Assembly: GCA_028280285.1 (NCBI GenBank)
Contig: JANQMA010000013.1
Span: 5,355-69,354, forward strand
Length of the DNA stretch: 64,000 nt
From: Candidatus Omnitrophota bacterium
Lineage (GTDB): Bacteria > Omnitrophota > Gorgyraeia > Zapsychrales > Zapsychraceae
Direction: 5' to 3'
Shown: positions 29,393-40,214 of the stretch, one piece after another
Layout: each line of letters opens with the position of its first letter
Numbering within the stretch: position 1 is the stretch's first letter
The notes under the pieces: model-generated
Seen by the model: the letters and a program-made list of their open reading frames with translations, nothing else
Database searches by the model: none
Told to the model about the DNA's origin: nothing
Position numbers and translations under genes: made by a program

Positions 29393-32300
29393 CGGATATC
29401 TCACTTTCTCTAGTAGCAAGGTTAATTTTATGATTGGCTTCATACTCCTCGGATCTGTATCCTAATAATTCATAAATAGCCTCCTCATCATAAACTTCAT
29501 CTTTTGTTGTGCGGATCGGCGTCTGTTTAAAATCTTGTGTATTAAGCCCCAGCAGTTGCGGAAGATTAACAGGTGTAATATTTTGAATCACCGGAATAAA
29601 CCCTTTAAGATCAAGATAAATATCCGCCGGCTGCTGTGGTAAAGGCAGCGGCACCCCCTTACCATCACGCTTGATTTGCCATTCAAAGAGATCAGGGTTT
29701 AGGTTAATCCCGCCAAGATCGTCTTCTTGCTTTTGCATTGCCGCCTCATCAGCAGCTTCCTGCCCATATTCTTCTGCTGCCTGTGCGGCCATTTGTTCCA
29801 AACGCGCTTCTCTACGTAACGCTGCCAACTGTGCATTAAGCGGAATGTAAATGGTTTGCTCTTCTGTGCTTTGTTGAAAGGTAATATTCGGATCTTGCGA
29901 ATTAGTATCAACAATGTTCAACAAACTTTCAACATCGCCAAATACTTGATTGATAATATCTATACCGTCTTTTTCCAAGAGTGCTTCTCTCCGCTTAAAA
30001 TCATCGGTTAAATCAAGCCACCACGAGGCAACCCATGGCTCATAATACGGCCTGGATTTGATTTTAATTTGTTCCTTGGAATAAGCGTCCAATATGATTG
30101 TCTTGCGATCATCCGTGTTCGTTTTCATAACCTGGAGCATGCTTGACACAAACTCTCTGAACTCTTCAAGAGTAAGTTTTTCATAAAGATCTTTCCAGGT
30201 AACCTTAAAACTTTTCAAGGCCTGATAAATATCCCGTTCAACCCACACATTTTTATTGTCAGAAAGATTTTCTGCTTTAGCCGCTTCAATTAACGCCGCA
30301 AAACCGTGCTCATAATCAAAATTAGGCAAATCCGAATCCGCCTGCTCCTGAAGCATGGTTGCCCCCATCCTTCGGTCTAATGGATCAGCAGACTTAAGCA
30401 GCTCCCTTGGATCGCCTTCAGCTTCGATTCCTAGACGTAAGAAAATATCATCAACAGTAGCCTGATAATTTTCAAAATCCGGAATCGGCTGCCCTGGCTT
30501 TGAAAAATCATACGGAGCAAAGGCAGCAGCAAACTCGACTTCAGGAACATACGTAATCCCGTTGACCTCTATATGCTCGGAATAACCACTTGTTCTCGTT
30601 AAAAGCAACCGCAAGTCACGCTTAATTTCATTATCGAGAAATAGGTCAATTCTGACAGGAGGATTGCTAAAGTCCATATACCTCGGCCCAAGAATCGCGG
30701 CCTGTTTTACAATCTTAGGCGCCTGGTTGATAAACGGTTTAATAAACGCGTGTAAAATACGCGGATCGTTCGGCTCAACATAACTTTTTGACTCCCTGTC
30801 TCTTTCTTCTGGGTTCAACATATAAATTAATGCCTCAAACGCACTAACAGCAACCAGATCATTAGGCGACTCTGTTCTTTTAAATAAATAATCTAATAAT
30901 TCATTAGCATCAACATCCCTTTTAACAAGCAGCTCGATTTTCTCTCTAAAAATTTCGGGGTTAGTTTCAGAGTCTAAGCTATTAAGCAAATTTGTATCGA
31001 TAATATTTACTCCATCCGGCAAAACATCGAATCTATAATCTTTACGTTGTTTAATAAGCTCAACCCCCAGCATGCGCAGTTGATAATTAGGATGGTTTAT
31101 CATCTGTGCAATATCATCAATTGATCTTACATGAAGAAGAATTAACTCATTTAAGTCTCTAATCCTATCGATCCTTTGCCTATGCGGCCGGTCGCGGTTA
31201 ACATTGGCGCCTTCTTTTCCGACATTGCCATCCTGGCGGATTGTATCTCTCCTGCGCACTCCGCCCCCTCTTTCAAAATGCGTCATCCCTAAAGTTGCTT
31301 TATAACGTATATCCTGATTGCCCTCTTCTTCGTATTCCACTGCTTGGCCAACATTTGGAAAAAAGATATCATTCCATATCCTGAGTTTTTGATATAAAGC
31401 AGCCTTCCTGTTAACTACCGCCTCTCCTGATATACGCGCATCTGAATCATTTTCTAAATCATCGATTTCCCTTACAATCTTTTGAGCATAACCCAGAATC
31501 AAATCGAACATTTTGGTGCGTACTTCGACATTTTCATGTTCCGTTCCCTTATGCACAGCTTCTAGCATATCTCGTTCTTCTTGTGTATTATCAGCCAGCC
31601 ATGCCTTTTCCATAAGAATGGCAGCCGGTATATCCGCACGAGGATCAGTATCATCTGCTGTTCTACGACTGAGCACCTCTTTAGCCGGATTACCTTCCAT
31701 GGCCCCCAAAAGACCAAAAACCTCCTCACGAACAAATGATGGGAAATCTTTATGCGTTGCGCCAACTAAATCATCCGATAAAACACCACTTTTAAATGCA
31801 TCATTGACCATACGATCAAAACTAACCTCTTTATCATCTGCATTTAAAAAATTTCGCGCTATTGTTTCTTTTCGATCTTCATCTCGCACAATTGTATTCC
31901 ATAGATCGGCCGATATACGTAACTCTCTTTCAATATTAAGCAACTCCTCGCCCGCCAAAGGAGTCGGATATAAATTAATCAGTGATTCTGGATTAAGCAC
32001 AGCTAATTGTTTACGTAACTCTCTTCTAACATCTACATTAGCATTATTAAGTGCTTGTTCTCCTAGACGCTCATATCGCTCCAATAAATCTATGATGTAG
32101 GAATAAATATCCTGGCGTTGATCTTTAGCTGTTTTGGCCATCTGACTCAGCGCTCTGATATAACGGATTTGTTGGGGGGTTGCTTCAGGCCCTTTAGTTT
32201 GGGATGCCTTTATGACTCCTCTTTCTATAGCCTCAACATCTATTTTATTCGCAATCCAGTTGATTAAATCAATCGTCCGCCCCTCTACTGAAACATCCTT

Positions 32301-35300
32301 AAGCGTCCCTTCAAACTCAACAGGAGCTAAATTATACTGAAACGCATCATATATGGCGTCTCTGGCCGGCTTATCGAATGCATCTTGTCCCATTTTTTTA
32401 AATTCGCGGTCAATGAGATCTTTAAGACTGTTTGTTTCGCGTGTGGGTGGCTCCTGATTAAGCTTGCGTCTTACCTGGCCAAGCGCCTGAATAGCCTGCA
32501 TCTGTGCTGTTCCATATCTTGCAATACGGATATAAGTCAAAACTGTTTCGCGCTGTTTGCCATACTCAATATCTTTGGCACCGCTGCCGAAAAATACATC
32601 CGCCAAAACATTAAGCGCATCAACATCCCCCATAGCTCCTAACTGGCTAAAATGATGCGCAACATTGGAAAGCTCCCCGGAGGCGATGTCAGCAAAAGTA
32701 ATGCCTTTTGGTTGATACCCGTATCTCTTCAGCCCTCCACGAGCAATATCACGTGTAACAGGATCGTTATTTTGCGTATAGGAAAGAAGCATGACAATCC
32801 GTCTTTGCTTTTGCCGTTCTGTCATATCTGCGTGAGGCGGTTCAGCCATCATCGATGCCATAAACTGATTAAAACTGCGTGCATCAAGACTTCTGATCCT
32901 CTTGCGTGCCTCAAGCAATTTTCTTTTGTTAACCCCTAACTCGGAAAAAACGATATCGTAAAACAGTTTAAACCCAACCGATCTTGGATCAATAAATTCG
33001 GTTGAAATATAACTTGCCAGTAAATGTTCCGCCCCCGCATTAAAAAGCGCCGAATAATAGGTCTGATCCTCCATGCGGTCTAACGCCAGACCAAAAGAAT
33101 TAAGATACAGTAAGCTCTCTTTATCTTGTAGCCCCTTAGCTCTAGCTTGCGCCAATTGATAAATAGCATTTTCAATTATGCTTGTTGTGCCACGCAAGAC
33201 CCGCATAGAAAGAGTTGGGTTATATTCACGGTGTTTTTTCACCAGTGCTTTTTGTGATAAACGCCAATCATTTTCCGTATGAAGCCGGTAGGCCTGTGCG
33301 GCCCTTTCTCTAACCAGTGGATCGGAGTCCCACATCGCATCAATCAAAGCCTGTTTGGCTACCGCCCCACGTACATACGCCAGACGCGTCACCGCCTCGA
33401 TTCTATACTGAACCTTTTCATGTAGCGTTGCAATGCGGGCTAACAATTCCCGCGCCGGTTTACGTACCGGCCTTGCCAATAAACGTGCAGTGCTTACGGC
33501 AAGCCCATAATTTAAATTATCGAGTTCTAACTCATATTCACCTTCAACCCGCACCCAGGGATTGCTCGGAAGGCCTGGCGCAGCAATCGGTCTGGTTATG
33601 TCAATCGTAAAATCTCTCCCTGAAAAGATGAATGATTCGCGGTCTAGATCTGCCCCGCGCAAATTGAGTTCAAAACGCAGACGCTCATGAGCTCTGTCCG
33701 ATAAGGTAGCAACCGTTGCATATCTAGATAATGTTTTTCTATCTCGGTCATAAATCCAATAGGAATCATTCGACATAAACAAAAGCGCGTCGAATGCAGC
33801 CTCAACCTCAATATCATTGTCTGCTCTATTATTGAGCAAAAACCGTTCAATGCCCTCAAAATTAGCCGCTCTTTTACCCTTTATAAATAAAAACGACTCA
33901 CTACGAAGCCCTGAAATCCTTAAGGCCTGAGCAACGGCAAAAGGACTATTACTTTTCTCAATGGTTTCGATCAGAAGCCTGCTGGTATTTTTAGTACGCG
34001 AGCGTTCTAACCATTTACTCACAATCCTTTTTATTGTCTCATTTGTCCCCCCAAGCAAATCAATCAGTCCGCGGACAATGCTTTCGTCTAAATCATTTTT
34101 TGGAAAGAGCTCTGTATATCTTTCAAGCCAGGCATCAGCATACTCCGCAGATTGCGGCCGGTCGCGCATGGCATTGACCATAACAATCGCCGCTTGCCTG
34201 CCTTTTTCTCTGGCCGCATCAGGATTCGCTTTATATGCTTCTTGAAATAATCTATCTAATTCAATTAACTCTTTCAGCGTTTTAGAATCATTTTTTGTCC
34301 GTAAATACTCCTCGATATTATCTTGTGCAATCAAGCTGTCGACATCTGTTATTTCTTCTCTCTGCTGGTAAATTTCCAAATCCCTTGGAGCCGCTTCAAG
34401 AGCCGAACCTCCCGCTACAGCCGTCGCGACAGCAAGCTTGGCGGCCACCGCACCACTTTTTGCGCTTTTTAACAAGCCTGTTATTGCTGCAGCATCAGAA
34501 GCACCGATGAGCTCATTAGCTCTGCTTTCAAGCTCCTTCTTATTATATTTATAGTCTCCTTTATCTTCTCCCTGCTCAGGAAGCTTAATAAAAACGTCTT
34601 CTGTCAGTTTTTGGAACATATAAATAATCAAGTTCTCATAAATATAATAAAAGTCATCCCCGGCCAGCTCCGATAAAAAGACTCGTGTTTTCCCTTTATC
34701 TAAACGGAAATTCGCAAGCCCCATTTTTTCAAACGGTATTTTGGACGCCACTTCCTGCATATGTCGGACTTTTTTTAAATCACTTTCCTCAACATCCTCA
34801 AAATCTTCTTTTTTGAGACTATCCGGAGATTCAATGTCAAAAACTTCAAGCAATAGACGCCCGGCCTCTTCGGTGCCCACATTAACCAGGGCCCTGGCCG
34901 CCATAAGCGTATAAATCATTTTTTCGAAATCAAAAAATGCAATTGTTCCGTTTGGCAAAAGATACTTGCGATAAATCGGCACAAGCCAATTTAAATTGCT
35001 TATCTGTGGGCTTTTGGACTGACGAAAGGATTCATGATAATTTTTGTACTTGCCCGGCGTTTGCGTAAAATAATCGGCAAAATATTGATAAACGGTCTCG
35101 ACTCTACTTGTCTTATTGTCAATTTTCCTGTCAACCACACTCCAAAGCTCTTCGCTTCTTTTATCGATTAATTCATCAAATTTTTCCCGTATGAGTTTAT
35201 CATTATCTTGATCTTTTTTCTTAAACAATCCCCTGATGCTGCGTAATATCCTCTCGACTTCCGCATCTCTCTGTTCACTTAAAACAGGCTCTCTTAGCTC

Positions 35301-38300
35301 CGTTCTTCTCACACCCACACGAGCCGATCTATCCCTTCGCGACCTAATATTAGCCACAAGGTTGTCCTCTTTTGTTTTTTTACGGTTAAAATATCTATTA
35401 ACCAAAATCTTTTGATCTTGCAGTTTTTTAATTGTTTTAAGAAGACTGAGCAGCCACCTACTTTTTTTATCTTTCGCTTTAACAATATTCTCAATAATTT
35501 TTTTTGGTAGTTTTTTTGGATAATTCGCTTCAATTTTTTCAATAAATTTTCGTTTGGCAGCACCACTAAAGCTCTTGCGATAACCCCAAACGAGAACTCC
35601 ACTTAAAAGAAGCACCGTGATCATAGTAGGCACAGTATTTTTAAAAACCTCTTCATTATATGCTTTAGCCTTTAGCCAGCTTTGAAATACAGGATCCCCG
35701 CTGGCGTCCGGGTACACAGAAACAAAGGCCAATAATTCCCCATCTGTTTTAAACTGTTCAGGCTCACTTTTGGCAATCGCCAATATATCCGCATAAAACT
35801 CTTTGATCCTTTGCTCACTGTTTGCCTCTAGGCTATGTAACAGTGTGGTCACATCTTCAATCATGGGTGTCAGTCCCATAGGCTGAATATGCATGTGAAG
35901 ACGAGTAAGGGCTTTACGCTCTTCAACCGGAAGCCTTATGTACGCCTTAAGGTACGCAGCATGCATGTCCTCTTTTTTGACATCTGTATTCTTAAAATAA
36001 TACTCCTTCGCCATCCACAAATAATCATTAAGATCCTCATTGTCGGTTCTTGGCGCTTTCTCAGCCAAAACATAATTTGTTTTAAAAGCCTCTCTGCGCA
36101 CACGAGGCGATTCATGTAAAGTGAACTCAAGCACTAAAGTAAATAACGTTTTATCTCCCAGCTGTTTGATAGCCTCTAAAACATAAAAAGCAAAGGTATT
36201 TCTTCTATCAAGAACATCACGCTTGACATCGGATTGCCGATAAAACCTGAGGATCCCGGAAAGACTGTCTTGCGCTGCAACAGGAAGCGGAACGCGATAC
36301 AACCCGATAATAGAAAAATAGGCAATAAGTATGGCAACGGCAATGCCAACACCTATCATGGTAATTCTTTGTATCGAATCAAGGGTTAAGTCCCAACTCC
36401 TATCCCCTTCGTTGCGTTCATTTATTTTGTTAAATTTTTTGTTTGTTTTTACTTTACTTCTCCAATCACGAAACCTTTTCCATTGCCGTCCGGGCCATTG
36501 CCATAAGGTTGCTAAAGCAGATAGCATAGCATTATCCTTAGTTGGCGGCTTCTCATGCAGACTTTCATCGATATCGCGTAAAATATTGACTAATTGTAAT
36601 TGTTGAGAGCGCTCAGGTACTTCTACAATTGTGGCAATAGTTATATCTTGATCAGTTTTTTTTGATTGAGCCTCCGACTCAGTATTAGCCTGTCCTTTTT
36701 GTTTTTTATCAAAATCAATCTGGTCAATTATCCCTTGTATCTCGGTCGCCCCCCCTGTCACGATCATAAAAATAGTCTTTTCCGATTCCATCATCCTAAG
36801 TAATTGCCCGGAGACAGTATCTTGAGAGCTTATTTGATTTTTTTTCTTAAAAACCTGCAGCTGTGCGAGTGTTGTTGCACGTTGAGGATAAATGTATTCA
36901 ATACGTTCAATCCCAAATCGGTTAAACACTTCCGCTGTATATTGAACGGCATTGGCTGGAATAACTAATAATGTCTTGGACCCATCAGCAATGCCGTTAT
37001 AATGACCTTCTGTAAACCCCTTTTCTTTATAAAACGTTTCATGAAATGCAAATTGATTTTTAACCTTTTGCCAAATCGCCAACTCCTCAAAATAGCGCGC
37101 TTTATCTTCCACATCACCTTCTATAGCTTGAGGGATTACATCGACAAATCTTTGAATATCCATTGAATTGACGCGCATTCGTAACGCAAGGAGTGCAACT
37201 GCCTTTCTTTCTTCATAGGTAAGTGAACCATAATAATCCGTCAAGATTTCATAAACCAGGCCATTTAAAAAGTCTCTTAATTCGGTATCAGTCTCTAAAT
37301 CAACTGCGGATTTGCCCGTTTGCTGTTCATACTGTTGCAGCTCCTCGGCCGTGGACTCCCATCGGGTAAGATTGGTGAAGATATCATTGAGCTCTGTATC
37401 AAGTATCATATTCTGAGCGGCTAGATACTCCATAAGCGGCATAAGTGCAGGAACAACAATAGACTTAAGCTGTACCCCGACAGCTTCCACACCTTCTTTT
37501 TGTTTATCCAGTGTTTGATTTTTTTGCAGAACATTAACCAAATTGATAAGATATCCAGACATTGACAAATTATCCGCCGCCCCCTCAATAATGAGATTTT
37601 CAACAAGCTCATGCGGAAGGCGCGCCTTGTACCTGCCTGTCTTTTCTTCAAAACTCAAATCCCTTGAATCCTGTGGAACAAGAAATTCCCCCAGGCTTGG
37701 GGTGCCCAATACAATAAAGGCTGTCATAAGCGTTGCATTTGCTAATGTAAGGCGTATAGAAGCCCCGTACACAAACCGATAAAGCCAACTTTTTTCTTCA
37801 ACCACCGGGCGAGATCTGACATAAAAAGCCCCTAAAAAAAGTACAATTAACGCTCCAATGACAACGGAAACTGTTCCTGCCCTTATATCTTCTTTAAGGG
37901 TTTTAATTATTTTGAAAAAAAACACGTCTGTATTATTGGACATCCACCTCCCGTAACTGTTTTCAAACCAGTACATCGAACTTATCGCTTTATATACAAA
38001 TCCGTCTCTTAATGCAGCTGTTCTACTTTGGTTTTTAATATTTTGCTCCTCAGCGGCTATGCGCTGCCTTGTCAGTCGTTTAAAATTCTCTAACCTTTCT
38101 TCGTCACTTAAGCCATTGTCAGGTTTATTTTTGAGCAATTTATCTGAAAATACCCACATTTCATCTTTGACTGCCTTTCTAAGATCATTGGAAGGCCGCC
38201 GCAATAATTCCACGGTTTTTTGTAAAGCCTTTGGGTCAACCCCTCTGGCATACTCCTGTCTAAAAGCAAGATTAGAAATAACATTCTTCACAACAGGATC

Positions 38301-40049
38301 CGTCAGATCTGATACCGATTCGTCACGCGCAATCATTGGATGAAAAGCATCCATCGCCGACTGAAAATATTCCGTTTGCTCCTCTGTAAAGTCATCATAA
38401 GTTAGATTATTGTATAAAGTAATCGACTTTTGTCTTTTCTCAAGAAGCTCCGCATAAATATCAACTTCTTCATATTGAGGTGGATTGGTAATAGCCTTAT
38501 GCGGGTAAGCTATAAAAGAAAGCGCACCCCAAGCACTAGCTAGCGCAACTAACACACTTCCGACAAGATAAGCAGGTGTTAATGCAAATCGTTTTACCTT
38601 TCTTGGCCTATCTACAACCGCATTATCAACTTCGTTTTTTTCTTCAGGCGCCGTAACTTCAATAACTTCCTGTATCGGCTCAACATCTAGATCAGCCTTT
38701 TTGATTTCCTGAAATTTTTCTTCAGCAGTTTTATTCTCAGGTGCATCGTTACTTTGCCAACTCATACGCACCTGTGTATTAATATCCAGCGATGCTGTTC
38801 CTTTTTTGCCCCCATTATCTTTTGTCACCTCAACCAGGCGGGTGTTGACGCGCGAAACATTTTCATCGCTTTGGGCAAAGCTAAATTTTTGCCCCCAATT
38901 CAAATTATCAAAATCCGTTTCAATCCGGACATTGGTATCCCCAAACGCAGGATTGGCCAGCGCCTGCAAATCAAGCCCGCCAGAGAAGTATTTCCGTGCC
39001 ACAATTTCCTGTTTTTGCGGATTGTACTCTTCCCTGATCAAATCAAAGACGCCTTGCTTAAACCCTTCAAGGTAGTGATCATAAATCTTCCGGCTGATTT
39101 GCTTGTCTTCTGTATCAACGCCTTCTGTTTTGCCGCGATCCACATAAAGCTGACTTAATAAACTCGTCTTAAGCTTTTTCTTATACCAGCCGGCAAGGAC
39201 CAAAGAATGAACAATCTGTCTTAATGACGCGAATGCCTCGCCATGGTTGATCTCATGCTCAATTTCCGGAATAATCACTGCGCGGACAATATCAGAAATG
39301 TTGGATGCCGCCGGCTCATCGCTAAGCCGGGCATGATTGGTATTTTTATCCGAGACCACATAATCTTCTTCCAGCATGGCCTTAAGCGTGCATTCAACCA
39401 CATAGGCGCTTGTGCCGTCCTCATAGATCGTTGCTTTATCGGGGACAATCCACACCTTATTAAAGGCATTGACCGGCATATTTTGATCACCGTATTGAGC
39501 GTGAATGCGTTCGTTGATACGCTCCCAAAGTTTGGCGCCAATCGAATCGGTTGTGTCATCCGGATACATCAAAGAGGCTGTCATCTGCTTAAGGACATAA
39601 TCCTGAGCCAGCACATCGCGCCCCATCAATGTATCGCCAAAAGAATCGGCAATGATGCGATCAGGCTCATCGGGCGAAAGGTTGACCCATAACTCGTTTT
39701 CGGGAATGGTTAGTGAGGCAAGAAAGTATTTGATTAACTTTTTGGCTTCGGCTTGAAAGCCTTGATCATTATTAAAATTAGTATCTCCATGATCAATAAT
39801 AAAATCAAGCTCCAAAGGATTTTCCGGATGGACGATCACGCCACGCATGAACATCGGTGTCATCGGGGCAGACTGAGTCATCATTTCCCCGACAGGAGGC
39901 AGTTTTAACACATGCGCTGGTTGTGGAACAGGAAGGCTTTGGGCCTGGGCATACTCAGGGCCAATAATTGACTGCACACCAAAGGTAAGCAGCAAAATAT
40001 AAACAATCCCCTTAAAAGAAATACTTTTTTTGTGATTTTGGAATAACAT
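29364..40049 (-). CDS. Giant capped protein B (3561 aa): N-cap, multi-TM modules, HEAT-repeat region, C-cap
   Basis: Signal-like N-terminus, the same N-cap and C-cap (GGINLNP...LPQLLGLN) as protein A, about 5 TM segments, and HEAT-like repeats (ALIDAMWDSDPLVRERAAQA). Confidence 0.85.
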   Translation of the reverse strand: MLFQNHKKSISFKGIVYILLLTFGVQSIIGPEYAQAQSLPVPQPAHVLKLPPVGEMMTQSAPMTPMFMRGVIVHPENPLELDFIIDHGDTNFNNDQGFQAEAKKLIKYFLASLTIPENELWVNLSPDEPDRIIADSFGDTLMGRDVLAQDYVLKQMTASLMYPDDTTDSIGAKLWERINERIHAQYGDQNMPVNAFNKVWIVPDKATIYEDGTSAYVVECTLKAMLEEDYVVSDKNTNHARLSDEPAASNISDIVRAVIIPEIEHEINHGEAFASLRQIVHSLVLAGWYKKKLKTSLLSQLYVDRGKTEGVDTEDKQISRKIYDHYLEGFKQGVFDLIREEYNPQKQEIVARKYFSGGLDLQALANPAFGDTNVRIETDFDNLNWGQKFSFAQSDENVSRVNTRLVEVTKDNGGKKGTASLDINTQVRMSWQSNDAPENKTAEEKFQEIKKADLDVEPIQEVIEVTAPEEKNEVDNAVVDRPRKVKRFALTPAYLVGSVLVALASAWGALSFIAYPHKAITNPPQYEEVDIYAELLEKRQKSITLYNNLTYDDFTEEQTEYFQSAMDAFHPMIARDESVSDLTDPVVKNVISNLAFRQEYARGVDPKALQKTVELLRRPSNDLRKAVKDEMWVFSDKLLKNKPDNGLSDEERLENFKRLTRQRIAAEEQNIKNQSRTAALRDGFVYKAISSMYWFENSYGRWMSNNTDVFFFKIIKTLKEDIRAGTVSVVIGALIVLFLGAFYVRSRPVVEEKSWLYRFVYGASIRLTLANATLMTAFIVLGTPSLGEFLVPQDSRDLSFEEKTGRYKARLPHELVENLIIEGAADNLSMSGYLINLVNVLQKNQTLDKQKEGVEAVGVQLKSIVVPALMPLMEYLAAQNMILDTELNDIFTNLTRWESTAEELQQYEQQTGKSAVDLETDTELRDFLNGLVYEILTDYYGSLTYEERKAVALLALRMRVNSMDIQRFVDVIPQAIEGDVEDKARYFEELAIWQKVKNQFAFHETFYKEKGFTEGHYNGIADGSKTLLVIPANAVQYTAEVFNRFGIERIEYIYPQRATTLAQLQVFKKKNQISSQDTVSGQLLRMMESEKTIFMIVTGGATEIQGIIDQIDFDKKQKGQANTESEAQSKKTDQDITIATIVEVPERSQQLQLVNILRDIDESLHEKPPTKDNAMLSALATLWQWPGRQWKRFRDWRSKVKTNKKFNKINERNEGDRSWDLTLDSIQRITMIGVGIAVAILIAYFSIIGLYRVPLPVAAQDSLSGILRFYRQSDVKRDVLDRRNTFAFYVLEAIKQLGDKTLFTLVLEFTLHESPRVRREAFKTNYVLAEKAPRTDNEDLNDYLWMAKEYYFKNTDVKKEDMHAAYLKAYIRLPVEERKALTRLHMHIQPMGLTPMIEDVTTLLHSLEANSEQRIKEFYADILAIAKSEPEQFKTDGELLAFVSVYPDASGDPVFQSWLKAKAYNEEVFKNTVPTMITVLLLSGVLVWGYRKSFSGAAKRKFIEKIEANYPKKLPKKIIENIVKAKDKKSRWLLSLLKTIKKLQDQKILVNRYFNRKKTKEDNLVANIRSRRDRSARVGVRRTELREPVLSEQRDAEVERILRSIRGLFKKKDQDNDKLIREKFDELIDKRSEELWSVVDRKIDNKTSRVETVYQYFADYFTQTPGKYKNYHESFRQSKSPQISNLNWLVPIYRKYLLPNGTIAFFDFEKMIYTLMAARALVNVGTEEAGRLLLEVFDIESPDSLKKEDFEDVEESDLKKVRHMQEVASKIPFEKMGLANFRLDKGKTRVFLSELAGDDFYYIYENLIIYMFQKLTEDVFIKLPEQGEDKGDYKYNKKELESRANELIGASDAAAITGLLKSAKSGAVAAKLAVATAVAGGSALEAAPRDLEIYQQREEITDVDSLIAQDNIEEYLRTKNDSKTLKELIELDRLFQEAYKANPDAAREKGRQAAIVMVNAMRDRPQSAEYADAWLERYTELFPKNDLDESIVRGLIDLLGGTNETIKRIVSKWLERSRTKNTSRLLIETIEKSNSPFAVAQALRISGLRSESFLFIKGKRAANFEGIERFLLNNRADNDIEVEAAFDALLFMSNDSYWIYDRDRKTLSRYATVATLSDRAHERLRFELNLRGADLDRESFIFSGRDFTIDITRPIAAPGLPSNPWVRVEGEYELELDNLNYGLAVSTARLLARPVRKPARELLARIATLHEKVQYRIEAVTRLAYVRGAVAKQALIDAMWDSDPLVRERAAQAYRLHTENDWRLSQKALVKKHREYNPTLSMRVLRGTTSIIENAIYQLAQARAKGLQDKESLLYLNSFGLALDRMEDQTYYSALFNAGAEHLLASYISTEFIDPRSVGFKLFYDIVFSELGVNKRKLLEARKRIRSLDARSFNQFMASMMAEPPHADMTERQKQRRIVMLLSYTQNNDPVTRDIARGGLKRYGYQPKGITFADIASGELSNVAHHFSQLGAMGDVDALNVLADVFFGSGAKDIEYGKQRETVLTYIRIARYGTAQMQAIQALGQVRRKLNQEPPTRETNSLKDLIDREFKKMGQDAFDKPARDAIYDAFQYNLAPVEFEGTLKDVSVEGRTIDLINWIANKIDVEAIERGVIKASQTKGPEATPQQIRYIRALSQMAKTAKDQRQDIYSYIIDLLERYERLGEQALNNANVDVRRELRKQLAVLNPESLINLYPTPLAGEELLNIERELRISADLWNTIVRDEDRKETIARNFLNADDKEVSFDRMVNDAFKSGVLSDDLVGATHKDFPSFVREEVFGLLGAMEGNPAKEVLSRRTADDTDPRADIPAAILMEKAWLADNTQEERDMLEAVHKGTEHENVEVRTKMFDLILGYAQKIVREIDDLENDSDARISGEAVVNRKAALYQKLRIWNDIFFPNVGQAVEYEEEGNQDIRYKATLGMTHFERGGGVRRRDTIRQDGNVGKEGANVNRDRPHRQRIDRIRDLNELILLHVRSIDDIAQMINHPNYQLRMLGVELIKQRKDYRFDVLPDGVNIIDTNLLNSLDSETNPEIFREKIELLVKRDVDANELLDYLFKRTESPNDLVAVSAFEALIYMLNPEERDRESKSYVEPNDPRILHAFIKPFINQAPKIVKQAAILGPRYMDFSNPPVRIDLFLDNEIKRDLRLLLTRTSGYSEHIEVNGITYVPEVEFAAAFAPYDFSKPGQPIPDFENYQATVDDIFLRLGIEAEGDPRELLKSADPLDRRMGATMLQEQADSDLPNFDYEHGFAALIEAAKAENLSDNKNVWVERDIYQALKSFKVTWKDLYEKLTLEEFREFVSSMLQVMKTNTDDRKTIILDAYSKEQIKIKSRPYYEPWVASWWLDLTDDFKRREALLEKDGIDIINQVFGDVESLLNIVDTNSQDPNITFQQSTEEQTIYIPLNAQLAALRREARLEQMAAQAAEEYGQEAADEAAMQKQEDDLGGINLNPDLFEWQIKRDGKGVPLPLPQQPADIYLDLKGFIPVIQNITPVNLPQLLGLNTQDFKQTPIRTTKDEVYDEEAIYELLGYRSEEYEANHKINLATRESEISDGYAGLTDF

Positions 40050-40090
40050 GCTTAAACCCAGCCCCCAGAAAGTCCTTTACTACTATTTAT

Positions 40091-40145
40091 AATATATATA
40101 AGTAAGATGATAATTGTGTGAAAGTAGTGTGACTTTCGTGTGAAA
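40091..40145 (-). promoter_or_regulatory. Pho-box-like 11-bp direct-repeat array plus -10 element for the giant-protein operon
   Basis: TTTCAC/AGTCAC/TTTCAC/TATCAT starting at 40145/40134/40123/40112, then 10 nt, then TATATT. Confidence 0.7.
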
Positions 40146-40161
40146 AAACACACTTTTACCC

Positions 40162-40198
40162 GAGACTTACCAGGACAAGCCAGGACACATATGGACAA
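40162..40198. repeat. 10-bp-phased GGACA direct repeats
   Basis: cgagacttac caggacaagc caggacacat atggacaaat (three exact copies and one degenerate copy). Confidence 0.55.
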
Positions 40199-40214
40199 AT
40201 AATACGACTCTGAA

